A stretch of 64,000 nucleotides of DNA, from assembly GCA_016840085.1 (NCBI GenBank), contig JAEOTA010000078.1:13446-77445 (forward strand), written 5' to 3'. A model generated the notes under the pieces. The model made no database searches, was not told where the DNA came from, and was given only the letters and a program-made list of their open reading frames with translations. A program made the translations under genes and the position numbers. Position 1 is the first letter of the stretch; each line of letters begins with the position of its first letter. This stretch comes from Promethearchaeota archaeon. GTDB taxonomy: Archaea; Asgardarchaeota; Lokiarchaeia; Sigyniarchaeales; SOKP01. Below, in pieces: positions 30,536-39,913 of the stretch.

Positions 30536-31321
30536 ATGGCACAGAAACAAATTCCTGAAATTGAGAAAGAGTGGTCTAAAATATCTTTCAAATGGCGGAG
30601 ATTATTACCAAAAACGCAAGATCGACCACCTTCTCCAATAAAATTTGAACCTGATGAAAAAGTTTTAAATGAGCTCATTGAACGATCTAATAAAATCATA
30701 AATGATATTATCACAAAGTCAAAGATTAAAGCTAGTGGTCATGCTAAATTAATATCAACAGATAAAATTGTAATAGATCCACGTGTACGGTGGAAATGTC
30801 AAATTCCCGTGTGTTTTGGTTTTGGAACGAGCTTAAATTGTCCTCCACATTCTCCAACTGCCGAAGAAATGAGAGAAATTGTTAATAGTTATAAACATGC
30901 AATTTTCATCTTTTTCTATCCACCGATAAAAAACCATGTTTTTCCTAGCATTCTTCTAGGTGTTCAAGGAGATATAAATTTATTAAATCAAATGGTATCA
31001 ATGATAGAAGCAGAAGCAGCATACATGGGATATTATCTTGCTATGGGATTTAAAGGTGGACCTTGTGTTGGTTGCGGATTTTTTTCTCCAGAATATTTTA
31101 AAGAATTAATGCAACAAAAAAAGATACCCGTCTGTCCTGTGCTCGATAATCAAATGTGTCGGCAATATTTAAGAGCTCGACCAGCTTTAGAAGCATGCGG
31201 AGTGGATAGTTTTGCTACATCGGTTAAATGTGGTGAAAAGGCGCCGTTTGTAATTAATCCCGAACATCCACAAGAATCAGTACCATTCGTTGTTTGGCAT
31301 GGTATTGTTTTAATAGTTTAA
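30536..31321 (+). CDS. DUF2284 family metal-binding protein
   Basis: VRWKCQIPVC..FG...CPP, GPCVGC, CRQY..ARPALEACGVD. Confidence 0.85.
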   Translation: MAQKQIPEIEKEWSKISFKWRRLLPKTQDRPPSPIKFEPDEKVLNELIERSNKIINDIITKSKIKASGHAKLISTDKIVIDPRVRWKCQIPVCFGFGTSLNCPPHSPTAEEMREIVNSYKHAIFIFFYPPIKNHVFPSILLGVQGDINLLNQMVSMIEAEAAYMGYYLAMGFKGGPCVGCGFFSPEYFKELMQQKKIPVCPVLDNQMCRQYLRARPALEACGVDSFATSVKCGEKAPFVINPEHPQESVPFVVWHGIVLIV

Positions 31322-31362
31322 TAAAATATGGCATAAGAAAATATGAGAGGTAAATCTACACA

Positions 31363-32025
31363 ATGAAAAACATAAGTTTAGAATATGAAAGTAAAACGAG
31401 AAGTGATGAATATTATATTAATAATATCATAGAAGCAGTTAGTGTACTTGATTTTTTTTCAATGAAGGATGCAATAAAGGAAGCAATAGATATGGGTGTC
31501 CCAATGGTTGATATAATTAAAAAAGGTGTTTTAGTAGGATTAGGAGAATCAGGAGAAATGGGACTTATATTAGCAGCAGAAGCTCTTGAAGGAGAAATCA
31601 TATCTGTTGATGAAGAAGAGCAGAAAAGATTAGCTAAATCTCGAAATTATTCTGGAAAAGTCGTTATCGGGACTATAAAAGGAGATATTCATAGTTTGGG
31701 TAAAAATATTGCAAGCATTATAATGAAATCGTATGGTATGGATGTTATCGATCTTGGTGTAAATGTAGAACCTAAAAAATTTGAAGAATTCGCCTATTTG
31801 CCAGATGTTAAAGTTATTGGTATATCTTTTCTTCTTTCTGCATCAGAACCCAGAATTAGAGAAGTAATGTCTTTATTAAAAAATGGAGAATTAAAAAATA
31901 AAGTAAAAGTAATTCTAGGAGGTGCTGCTGTATCACCAGAAATCGCGGAAGAAACGAACGCAGATGCTTATGCCATAGATGCTTTACAAGGTGTTGATAT
32001 TATCGAAGAGTGGTTAAGAAGTTAG
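31363..32025 (+). CDS. Corrinoid (B12-binding) protein of a methyltransferase system
   Basis: GTIKGDIHSLGKNI (DxHxxG), DLGVNV, ILGGA, ADAYA; shortened helical cap. Confidence 0.92.
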   Translation: MKNISLEYESKTRSDEYYINNIIEAVSVLDFFSMKDAIKEAIDMGVPMVDIIKKGVLVGLGESGEMGLILAAEALEGEIISVDEEEQKRLAKSRNYSGKVVIGTIKGDIHSLGKNIASIIMKSYGMDVIDLGVNVEPKKFEEFAYLPDVKVIGISFLLSASEPRIREVMSLLKNGELKNKVKVILGGAAVSPEIAEETNADAYAIDALQGVDIIEEWLRS

Positions 32026-32130
32026 AATTATTTAATACTTCTTTATTTTTTATTGTTTTTTTTCAATTATTTTAAAAATGAACATACATCTAAATTAATA
32101 AGAGATTTCCAATCCAAGAGGTGCACTGAT

Positions 32131-34137
32131 ATAGAGAAAAAGAGACATACTCTTATTTTAGAGCCTATTTCCAAGAGATTAAGTGTGGATGAGGGTTTAT
32201 CGATTTATGAAGCAATTTTGGCATTAAACTTTCCAATAGGTGCATTTTGCGGAGGTAAAGGAACATGTGGAAAGTGCATCATTCATATTTTAGATTCTAA
32301 TCCTAAAATTTCAGAACCATCCGAAAAAGAAATTAAAATTTTAGGGAATGAAAAAATAATAGAAGGCTACAGGTTGGCATGTCAAACAAGAATTTTAGGA
32401 GATTTAAGAGCATATCTTACTGATTCCTTAATTCCAAAATCACCTATAATTTTAGTCGAGTCAGATTTAGAATCTCTTGGAATAAATGATAAAATCAAAA
32501 TTCAACCGATTATTGCTTCCCAATTATATGAAGTTAAAAATGCAGATTTAACCAATCCAAGGAATGATTTATCTCGTTTAGAAGACGTTATAATAGAAAA
32601 AAGCGATAACTTTAAAATATTTAAAAATCACACGTTATCCTATTTAAATGATTCTCTTTATAATGTTACAAAAAAGCTTCCCCAAATTATGAGAAAACAA
32701 AATGGTAAAATTACTGCCTTTTTCAGAAAGCTCTCATTGGAAGAACCATGGGTTCTTTATGATGTTGATGCTGGAAATGTTACTGACAAGATGTTTGGAT
32801 TAGCAGTCGATATTGGAACTACTACTATTGTAGGATATTTAATTTATTTAAGAACAAGCGAAATTGTAGCTATATCTGCCATGCTGAATCCTCAAGTTAT
32901 GATCGGTGAAGATATTATTTCAAGAATTACATATATTGTAAAAAATAACGCAATGGATAAAGCTAAAGGATTATTAATTAATGCTGTAAATCACATACTC
33001 GAGGATTGTTGTAATAAGGCAAACATTTCTATTTCAGAAGTTAGAGATATTTCTATTGTGGGTAATACTGCAATGCACCACATGTTTTTTGGAGTACCCT
33101 CTGAGTTTTTAGCAGTTTCACCTTACAACCCAGTATTTAAAGCTCCAATCAATTTAAGTGCTGGTACTCTTGGTATCAAATGTAATCCAAATGTTAATGT
33201 ATATTCTCCTCCTGTGGTTGCAGGTTATGTAGGAACAGACACAATTGGATGTATTGTATCATCTAAAATCAATACATACGATAAATATTCTCTCTTGATT
33301 GATATTGGGACTAATGGGGAACTTGTATTGGGAAATAATGAAGGCCTTGTTACGGGTTCATGCGCTGCAGGTTCAGCTTTGGAGGGCGTTCATATTTCGC
33401 ATGGTATGCGAGCTTCAGAGGGTGCAATAGAATCTGTCATAATAGATAGAGAAACATTAGAACCTTCTATAGGGGTAATAGGAAGCCAAACTCCACTTGG
33501 ATTGTGTGGTTCGGGACTTATTGATGTTGTAGCCGAAATGCTGAAATCAAAAATTATTACTCGTGCGGGAAAATTTAATAGTAAATCAGCAAAAGTAATT
33601 AATCACCGAAGAGTTGTGAAAAAAGAAGATGGATACCATTACATTATATATAATAAAGTATGGGATAATGAACCCTTTCAAACAAGTACTAATTATAATA
33701 ATATTAGGGAAATTACAATTTCTCAAAAGGATATTAATCAGCTTCAATTAGCAAAAGGAGCATTTTTAACTGCAGGTAATTTATTACTTAAAATGGAAAA
33801 TAAAAAACAAAATGATCTTGAGCAAGTTCTCTTAGCAGGAGGTTTTGGAACTTATATTAATAAAGAAAATGCTGCTTTTATCGGTTTATTCCCTGAAGTT
33901 GATCAAGAGAGCGTTTTCCAAATAGGGAATTCAGCGGGAGTTGGGGCACAATTATTTATAAGAGATATTAAGCAGAGAACTTTAGCGAATAAAATCGCCC
34001 ATAAGATAAGATATCGTGAAATAGCATCATCACCACTATTTCAACATGAATATACTTTTTCTCTTTATTTCCCACACTATGATCTCGACAAATTTCCTAT
34101 AATAAGACAAGAGTATAATGAAATACCTTTAAAATGA
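32131..34137 (+). CDS. ASKHA-domain corrinoid activation protein (RACo/DUF4445) with N-terminal 2Fe-2S ferredoxin
   Basis: CGGKGTCGKC, RLACQ, DIGTTT, DIGTNGE, GLCGSG, LAGGFG; inferred ATA start 32131 behind GAGGTG (ORF track gives TTG 32053). Confidence 0.92.
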   Translation: MEKKRHTLILEPISKRLSVDEGLSIYEAILALNFPIGAFCGGKGTCGKCIIHILDSNPKISEPSEKEIKILGNEKIIEGYRLACQTRILGDLRAYLTDSLIPKSPIILVESDLESLGINDKIKIQPIIASQLYEVKNADLTNPRNDLSRLEDVIIEKSDNFKIFKNHTLSYLNDSLYNVTKKLPQIMRKQNGKITAFFRKLSLEEPWVLYDVDAGNVTDKMFGLAVDIGTTTIVGYLIYLRTSEIVAISAMLNPQVMIGEDIISRITYIVKNNAMDKAKGLLINAVNHILEDCCNKANISISEVRDISIVGNTAMHHMFFGVPSEFLAVSPYNPVFKAPINLSAGTLGIKCNPNVNVYSPPVVAGYVGTDTIGCIVSSKINTYDKYSLLIDIGTNGELVLGNNEGLVTGSCAAGSALEGVHISHGMRASEGAIESVIIDRETLEPSIGVIGSQTPLGLCGSGLIDVVAEMLKSKIITRAGKFNSKSAKVINHRRVVKKEDGYHYIIYNKVWDNEPFQTSTNYNNIREITISQKDINQLQLAKGAFLTAGNLLLKMENKKQNDLEQVLLAGGFGTYINKENAAFIGLFPEVDQESVFQIGNSAGVGAQLFIRDIKQRTLANKIAHKIRYREIASSPLFQHEYTFSLYFPHYDLDKFPIIRQEYNEIPLK

Positions 34138-34226
34138 GATTTTAAAAAAAATTAAATTAATGATATATTTTTTACTTTAGGCGGTATTTATGTACAATAG
34201 TATAAAGATAAGTTAAAAAAGATACA

Positions 34227-36032
34227 ATGAAAACAGGAAAAGGAAGAATTTTAAAAAGAAAATCAGGCAATCGTAGATATGATAGTTTTTGGGTTTATAT
34301 TCCTAGTAAGATCTCCAAAGATTATGGTTTTCCTTTTAGAGATAAAGAAGAAGTTCTGATAGATTTAATAGGAGAGCACTTGGAAATTCGTAAGATCTAC
34401 AATTTAAGTGAACTTACAAAAGTGTATAGCATTGAAGATGCTACAATCCCGAAGATAATAGAAAGTAAAGCATCATTGAATAAGGATAAACCATTTATCT
34501 ATTACCAAGATAAAATCTATTCATATCAAGATGTAAATACAATTTCAAATCAAATAGCTAATGCAATTTTAAAATTGAATAAAGAATTACAATTGGATGA
34601 TCCTAAAATTTCTTTAATATTACCTAATTGTCCAGAATCTCTTTTTTGTTGGTTTGGTGTAGCAAAAGCAGGTTGTGTTTTTGTACCTATTAGTTATTTG
34701 TTAAAAAAAGATTTATTAGAATTTGTGCTGAAAAACAGTGATACTGAGATTTTAATAATTGATTATAAATATTATACTAATTTTAAAGAGATTAGTGAGA
34801 ATTTACACAAAATAAAAAAAATCTTTATTCGAAATGCACCAGATAATTATAAATTCGATCAAAAAAGTGTCGATTTTAAAGAACTCTTCTCGGAAAATTA
34901 CGAGAACCATAAAATTAATATAAGGAGTTTTAATCCTCTTGAGATCTCATATACATCAGGAACTACTGGTAAACCCAAAGGAGTTTTGTATAGGAATTAT
35001 TATACTTTGTCAGGAATTAGTGTAGGAAGAGAATGGGAAGTTTTAGGACTTAATAGCAAAATTATCAAATTTTATTGTTCCTTACCATTATTTCAAGGAT
35101 TTGTACGATATTTTGTGATAATTCCCGTAATATATTTTGATGGATCGATAATAATTGCTGAAGATTTTGATGTTTCAACTTTTTGGAATGATATAAATCT
35201 CTATAAACCTAATTGTTTTTGTTATTATGGTGCACATTTAACAGCGTTAGTAAATGAACCTCCTAAAGAAATAGATAGAAATCATTCAATTAAATATGCA
35301 TTTGGTGCCGGTGCCTTAAAAGAAGTATGGGAAACCTTTGAAAGAAGATTTGGGGCACAAATTATCGAAATGTGGTCTCTAGTTGAAGGTATTGGACTTA
35401 CTATTAATACTAAAGGTTCTAAAGGGGGAAAGCTAGGATCTATAGGAAAACCGGCAAGAGGATTTGAGATTAAAATTGTTGATTTAGAAGGAAATGAAAT
35501 ACTCCCAGGACGGGATCATCTTGGTGAAATTTGTGTAAGACTGAGACTGCCTTTTGAACTTGAATATTATAACTTAAAAAAAGAAACAATAACAAGAAAA
35601 GCAAAAGAAAGATGGGTTTACACAGGTGATTTTGGTTATTCAGATCATGAAGGTTTCATTTATTATTTAGGAAGGAAATCAGATATGATTATTAGAGGAA
35701 AACAGACATTTTTTGCTATAGACATCGAAATAGTCGCAAATTCACATCCCCTCATAGTTAGAAGCGCTGTTTTTGAAGTTAATAATAAAAATTCCACTGA
35801 AAAAGAATTAAAAATATGTGCTGTAATTAAAAAAGGAGCAAAAATTACTCCTAAAGAGTTTTATGACTTTTTAAAGCAAAATCTTGCCTATTTTATGGTT
35901 CCGCGATATATTGAATTTAAAAATGTATTACCAAAAAACGCAAATGAATTTATTCAAAAATTCATCCTTAGAAAAGAATGGAAAAGAGTAAAATCACAAA
36001 AGAATACATATGATGCTAAAGCATCATTTTAA
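34227..36032 (+). CDS. AbrB-like N-terminal domain fused to CaiC-like AMP-binding (acyl-CoA ligase) domain
   Basis: N-terminal YDSFWVYIPSKISKDYGFPFRDKEEVLIDL; YTSGTTGKPKG, YTGD, GRKSDMI. Confidence 0.8.
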   Translation: MKTGKGRILKRKSGNRRYDSFWVYIPSKISKDYGFPFRDKEEVLIDLIGEHLEIRKIYNLSELTKVYSIEDATIPKIIESKASLNKDKPFIYYQDKIYSYQDVNTISNQIANAILKLNKELQLDDPKISLILPNCPESLFCWFGVAKAGCVFVPISYLLKKDLLEFVLKNSDTEILIIDYKYYTNFKEISENLHKIKKIFIRNAPDNYKFDQKSVDFKELFSENYENHKINIRSFNPLEISYTSGTTGKPKGVLYRNYYTLSGISVGREWEVLGLNSKIIKFYCSLPLFQGFVRYFVIIPVIYFDGSIIIAEDFDVSTFWNDINLYKPNCFCYYGAHLTALVNEPPKEIDRNHSIKYAFGAGALKEVWETFERRFGAQIIEMWSLVEGIGLTINTKGSKGGKLGSIGKPARGFEIKIVDLEGNEILPGRDHLGEICVRLRLPFELEYYNLKKETITRKAKERWVYTGDFGYSDHEGFIYYLGRKSDMIIRGKQTFFAIDIEIVANSHPLIVRSAVFEVNNKNSTEKELKICAVIKKGAKITPKEFYDFLKQNLAYFMVPRYIEFKNVLPKNANEFIQKFILRKEWKRVKSQKNTYDAKASF

Positions 36033-36068
36033 CTTTTAAATGATTTAAGAATTTGAAAGAAAGAAAGG

Positions 36069-36110
36069 CTTCTTTTTTATTCACATTTTTTTTGTTAAAT
36101 ATCATTCTCA
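36069..36110. repeat. 42-bp direct repeat, copy 1 (copy 2 at 38268-38309)
   Basis: 36/42 identical by manual alignment: CTTCTTTTTTAT.CACATTTTTTT......TATCATTCTCA. Confidence 0.65.
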
Positions 36111-36160
36111 ATTACATTAATTATCTAAGATTTCTATTTCTAACCCTTAATTAATTTAAA

Positions 36161-36251
36161 TATAATGAAATTGATTTTCCAAGTATAAAAAGATTATAAT
36201 TTCTTTATATTTTTATATGAAAGTAAATTTTCAGGATTATAAGAGTTAGTT
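36161..36251. repeat. 91-bp direct repeat, copy 2
   Basis: Matches 30020-30110, including the perfect core TTTTTATATGAAAGTAAATTTTCAGGATTATAAGA. Confidence 0.88.
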
Positions 36252-36334
36252 AAATTTGAAAACACTTAAACCAAATAATTTAACACGATAAAAACACTTA
36301 ATACACTTATAACTAAAATGAAGAAGGAAGAAAA

Positions 36335-37219
36335 ATGAGTGAATATTCAAAAGACTATACTATAGATGAAATAATGACTGTTTTAATGGCGAGAGAGGTT
36401 AAAAATGACGATGTAATGATTGTTGGTGTCGCAACTCCTATGGTATGGGCTGCTTTTACATTAGCAAAAGTGACTCATGCCCCTAATGCGATTTATCATT
36501 ATATTATGGGAAATACATTCGTAGCAGAGCCTCGACAAGTAAGTTTACTCTATCTGGAGATGAATACAGCAAGAGCATATCGATTTCAGGATAGTGTAGA
36601 ATGTACTTTAGAATCTCTTCCATCAGATAAACTAACTACTATAGAATTTTTTCGACCTGCTCAGATTGACCAATATGGAAATACAAATAATATATGCATT
36701 GGGGATTGGGATAAACCAAAAATTAGACTCCCTGGAGCTGCGGGCATTCTTGATTTTAGCATGTTCTATGCCCGTGGATCTTTCCTCTATACACCTCGAC
36801 ATGATACAAGAACCTTTGTTCCTACTGAAAAACTTGATTTTGTGTCTGGCGTTGGATTTCCAGACGGAAAACCTTCCATATGTGGTGGCTCAGGACCTCA
36901 GTGCGTTGTTACAAATCTTGCTTATTTAGATTTTGATGATGATACTAAAAGCATGAAATTAGGATCAATTCATCCCAGTGTTGACCTTGAAACTGTAATA
37001 GGATCAACTGGATTTGAGCTAATCATACCGAATGAGTTGAAAGAAACTTTACCACCAACAATAAAAGAAATTCAATTACTAAGGGAAAAAGTGGATCCAT
37101 TAAATATAAGGAAGTTAGAAGTTCTTTCAGGAAATGAACGCGAAGAGCTACTAGATGATATAATTCAGAAAGAATTAGCAAAGCAAAACAAATTTCCAAA
37201 ACTAATAAATAACAATTAA
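36335..37219 (+). CDS. CoA-transferase family I fold, subunit B (GctB/IpdB-like)
   Basis: LAKVTHAPN, AQIDQYGNTN, RLPGAAG, VVTNLA, SIHP, TGFEL, LREKVDP. Confidence 0.88.
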   Translation: MSEYSKDYTIDEIMTVLMAREVKNDDVMIVGVATPMVWAAFTLAKVTHAPNAIYHYIMGNTFVAEPRQVSLLYLEMNTARAYRFQDSVECTLESLPSDKLTTIEFFRPAQIDQYGNTNNICIGDWDKPKIRLPGAAGILDFSMFYARGSFLYTPRHDTRTFVPTEKLDFVSGVGFPDGKPSICGGSGPQCVVTNLAYLDFDDDTKSMKLGSIHPSVDLETVIGSTGFELIIPNELKETLPPTIKEIQLLREKVDPLNIRKLEVLSGNEREELLDDIIQKELAKQNKFPKLINNN

Positions 37220-37370
37220 AAAGAATAACATATAACTCTCATTTATTTTTTGATCAGTATATTTAATAGTGTAAATATGCTATTAAAACATCATAAAAGT
37301 ATAACAATATAATAAATAATTATTAGACTGTTAAGCAATATTATAATTAACTATTTTTATTTGATATAAG

Positions 37371-37808
37371 ATGGAAAGAGTAAAACACGAGATTATAAGT
37401 CTAGATGAGTTGGAAAGAACAATATATAATATATTTAAAATCCATAATGAGATACTTCTATGTTATTTATACGGTTCTTATATATCAGATAGAAAAACTA
37501 GATATAGCGATATTGATATTGGAATTTTCCTAGATAAAGCATTCAACAAATCCTATTTATATCAAGTAGAATTAAGTTTAGAAATAGAAAAAGAATTTAA
37601 TAATAAAGTTGAAATTGATTTATGCATCTTAAATGAGGCAACACCTCGATTTTTGTATAATGTTATAAGTAGTGGAAGGAATATCTATAAAAAGGAAGAA
37701 AAAATCCAAAATGAGTTTGAAATAAGAATTCTATATTATTATTTAGATATTAAGCCAATGTTAGAGATGTATGATAAAATAACCGTCATGGAGGCGCTTA
37801 AAAATTAA
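37371..37808 (+). CDS. Minimal nucleotidyltransferase antitoxin (MntA-like)
   Basis: LYGS-x10-DID motif; paired with a HEPN gene. Confidence 0.88.
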   Translation: MERVKHEIISLDELERTIYNIFKIHNEILLCYLYGSYISDRKTRYSDIDIGIFLDKAFNKSYLYQVELSLEIEKEFNNKVEIDLCILNEATPRFLYNVISSGRNIYKKEEKIQNEFEIRILYYYLDIKPMLEMYDKITVMEALKN

Positions 37809-38247
37809 AATAAATCGCGATTTAGTAATTACGAGGTTTAATAAATTAAATGAATTATTAGATATCTTAAATGAGATCAAAAGCATCAAGAAAGAAGATT
37901 TTCTTTCTGATTATAAGAACTATTTTACGGCTCAGAGAACTTTAGAGATCTGTATAAACATATGTATAGATATCGGAAACCACATTGTGACCCTCAATAA
38001 TACAGAAAAACCTGAAACATTTAGTGATGTCATTAAAATATTAGCCAAACATAATGTTATAAGTGAGGAGCTTTCAACTCAGCTAATTAAAATGGTAAAA
38101 TTCCGCAATTTATTAGGACATTTTTATTTAGAAATTGATAATGAAATAATCTACAATATTATTCAACATAAAATTACAGATTTTTATTCATTTAAAGGAG
38201 CGATATTAGCTAAATTTAAAGAGAATCTTATAGAAAATTCAGATTAA
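37804..38247 (+). CDS. HEPN/DUF86 ribonuclease toxin (HepT-like)
   Basis: AQRTLEICINICIDIGNH and FRNLLGHFY (Rx4HxY); inferred ATT start 37804 overlapping the MNT stop, behind GGAGG. Confidence 0.88.
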   Translation: MKINRDLVITRFNKLNELLDILNEIKSIKKEDFLSDYKNYFTAQRTLEICINICIDIGNHIVTLNNTEKPETFSDVIKILAKHNVISEELSTQLIKMVKFRNLLGHFYLEIDNEIIYNIIQHKITDFYSFKGAILAKFKENLIENSD

Positions 38248-38267
38248 ATTGATTTACGACAAACAAT

Positions 38268-38309
38268 CTTCTTTTTTATACACATTTTTTTAATTGCGTA
38301 TCATTCTCA
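38268..38309. repeat. 42-bp direct repeat, copy 2
   Basis: Matches 36069-36110. Confidence 0.65.
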
Positions 38310-38354
38310 TTTAATATAAATGTTTAAATTTAGATATTTGGATCAAATTAAATT

Positions 38355-39878
38355 ATGAAAGCTATTATAATAGGATCAGGAATCGCAGGTTTAACTGCTG
38401 GTGCGTATCTTGTTCGTGAAAAATATGAAGTTATTATTTACGAACATTTCTCTGAAATAGGAGGAGTTACAGCAACAATACATCAAGATGGATATTCATG
38501 GGATATTGGTCCACTTTTACTTGAAGGATTTGCTCCTTATGAAAAGTTTGGTAAAATGTTAACCGAGCTTGGAATTTATGAGAAAATTGAAATTATGAAA
38601 GAAGACCGTGGTCAATCATTTCCAGATTTTCAAATATGGAGACCACAGAAATATGAAGGGCCCTATTGGAGGCGAGACTATTTGAAAAAAATCTTTCCTG
38701 AAGAAAGTGAAGGATTGGATAGATATTATAAATTCTATGATTATATGATGTCAGTTGCTTATCTTGGAAACCAACTACCATTTGTCAAAGGAGTAAAAGC
38801 TATAGGGATTAAGCTGAAACTCTTATTTAAATTTCTAAAAATTAGAAAATTTAAAGATTGGAGTGCCTCCCAAATAACTGATTATTTCTTTAAAGACCAA
38901 AAATTAAAAGCTGTATATTTAGGAATTTTAGCGGATATGGTTGTAAAACCTAGCGAATTTTTTGGACTAGGAGTTCCATTTACTAATGTTGAAACTGCTT
39001 TTGACAAAAGAATTCCAATAAAATTTAAGGGGGGCAAATTACCAGTATATCATTACATAAAGAATGGATGTGGAGAATTAGTTAAGGTATTAGCAGATTT
39101 TATTACCGAAAATGGAGGGAAGATTTACACTAATAATAAAGTACAAAAGATAATTATTGAAAATAAGAAAGTAAAAGGTGTAGAACTTGAAAATGGAGTT
39201 ATAGTGGACACTGATTTAATATTAGCCAGTGGAGGAATGTTCAATACATTTTATAATTTAGTAGGAAAAGAATATTTATCTGATGATTTTATTAAAAACA
39301 TTGAAAACAAGAAATTAATGGAATCTGTTTTTATGGTACATTTAGGGATTAATTTCGATCCCACACCTTCCCAAAGAGCAGCATTATGCTATTATTATCT
39401 CACCTATGATATTGAAGGAGCAATTATAAAAATGAGAGAAAGATATTATCATGAAGGCGCTGAAGGTTTTTTAGTATATATTCCATCAATGCATTCTCCT
39501 GATATGGCACCCCCAGGTAAACATGCGGTAACAATTTACACAGTTGGACCACATAAATTAAAAGAAGGAACATGGGAGGATCGAAGGGACGAATTTGCTG
39601 ATAAGTTAATTATGGAAGCGGAAAAGATAATTCCAGGGTTATACGAAGGATCAGAAACTAAAATCATTATGACACCTGATGACTTCAAAAAACGTATTAA
39701 TGTTATACGCCACAGTTTTGGAGGAACTGCACCTGTTTTAGGGGAAGATAATCCACCCCATAAAACACCAATAGAAGGTTTATGGTACATAGGAGCATAT
39801 AGTGAATCTGGTGGGGGAGTTACGGGCGCAGCAATGGGAGCAAGAGATGTAGTAAATAGAATATTAAAAAAAGAGTAA
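38355..39878 (+). CDS. Phytoene desaturase-like FAD-dependent oxidoreductase
   Basis: GSGIAGL, APPGKH, MTPDDF, TPIEGLWYIG..GGGVTG. Confidence 0.85.
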   Translation: MKAIIIGSGIAGLTAGAYLVREKYEVIIYEHFSEIGGVTATIHQDGYSWDIGPLLLEGFAPYEKFGKMLTELGIYEKIEIMKEDRGQSFPDFQIWRPQKYEGPYWRRDYLKKIFPEESEGLDRYYKFYDYMMSVAYLGNQLPFVKGVKAIGIKLKLLFKFLKIRKFKDWSASQITDYFFKDQKLKAVYLGILADMVVKPSEFFGLGVPFTNVETAFDKRIPIKFKGGKLPVYHYIKNGCGELVKVLADFITENGGKIYTNNKVQKIIIENKKVKGVELENGVIVDTDLILASGGMFNTFYNLVGKEYLSDDFIKNIENKKLMESVFMVHLGINFDPTPSQRAALCYYYLTYDIEGAIIKMRERYYHEGAEGFLVYIPSMHSPDMAPPGKHAVTIYTVGPHKLKEGTWEDRRDEFADKLIMEAEKIIPGLYEGSETKIIMTPDDFKKRINVIRHSFGGTAPVLGEDNPPHKTPIEGLWYIGAYSESGGGVTGAAMGARDVVNRILKKE

Positions 39879-39913
39879 TATTATATTTAAACAGTAGGAA
39901 TTTAGATTGAGAA

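Noticed and set aside
32053-32130. TTG-started N-terminal extension of RACo given by the ORF track
   Set aside because: Low-complexity T-rich terminator-like sequence; a strong GAGGTG lies inside it, just before ATA 32131
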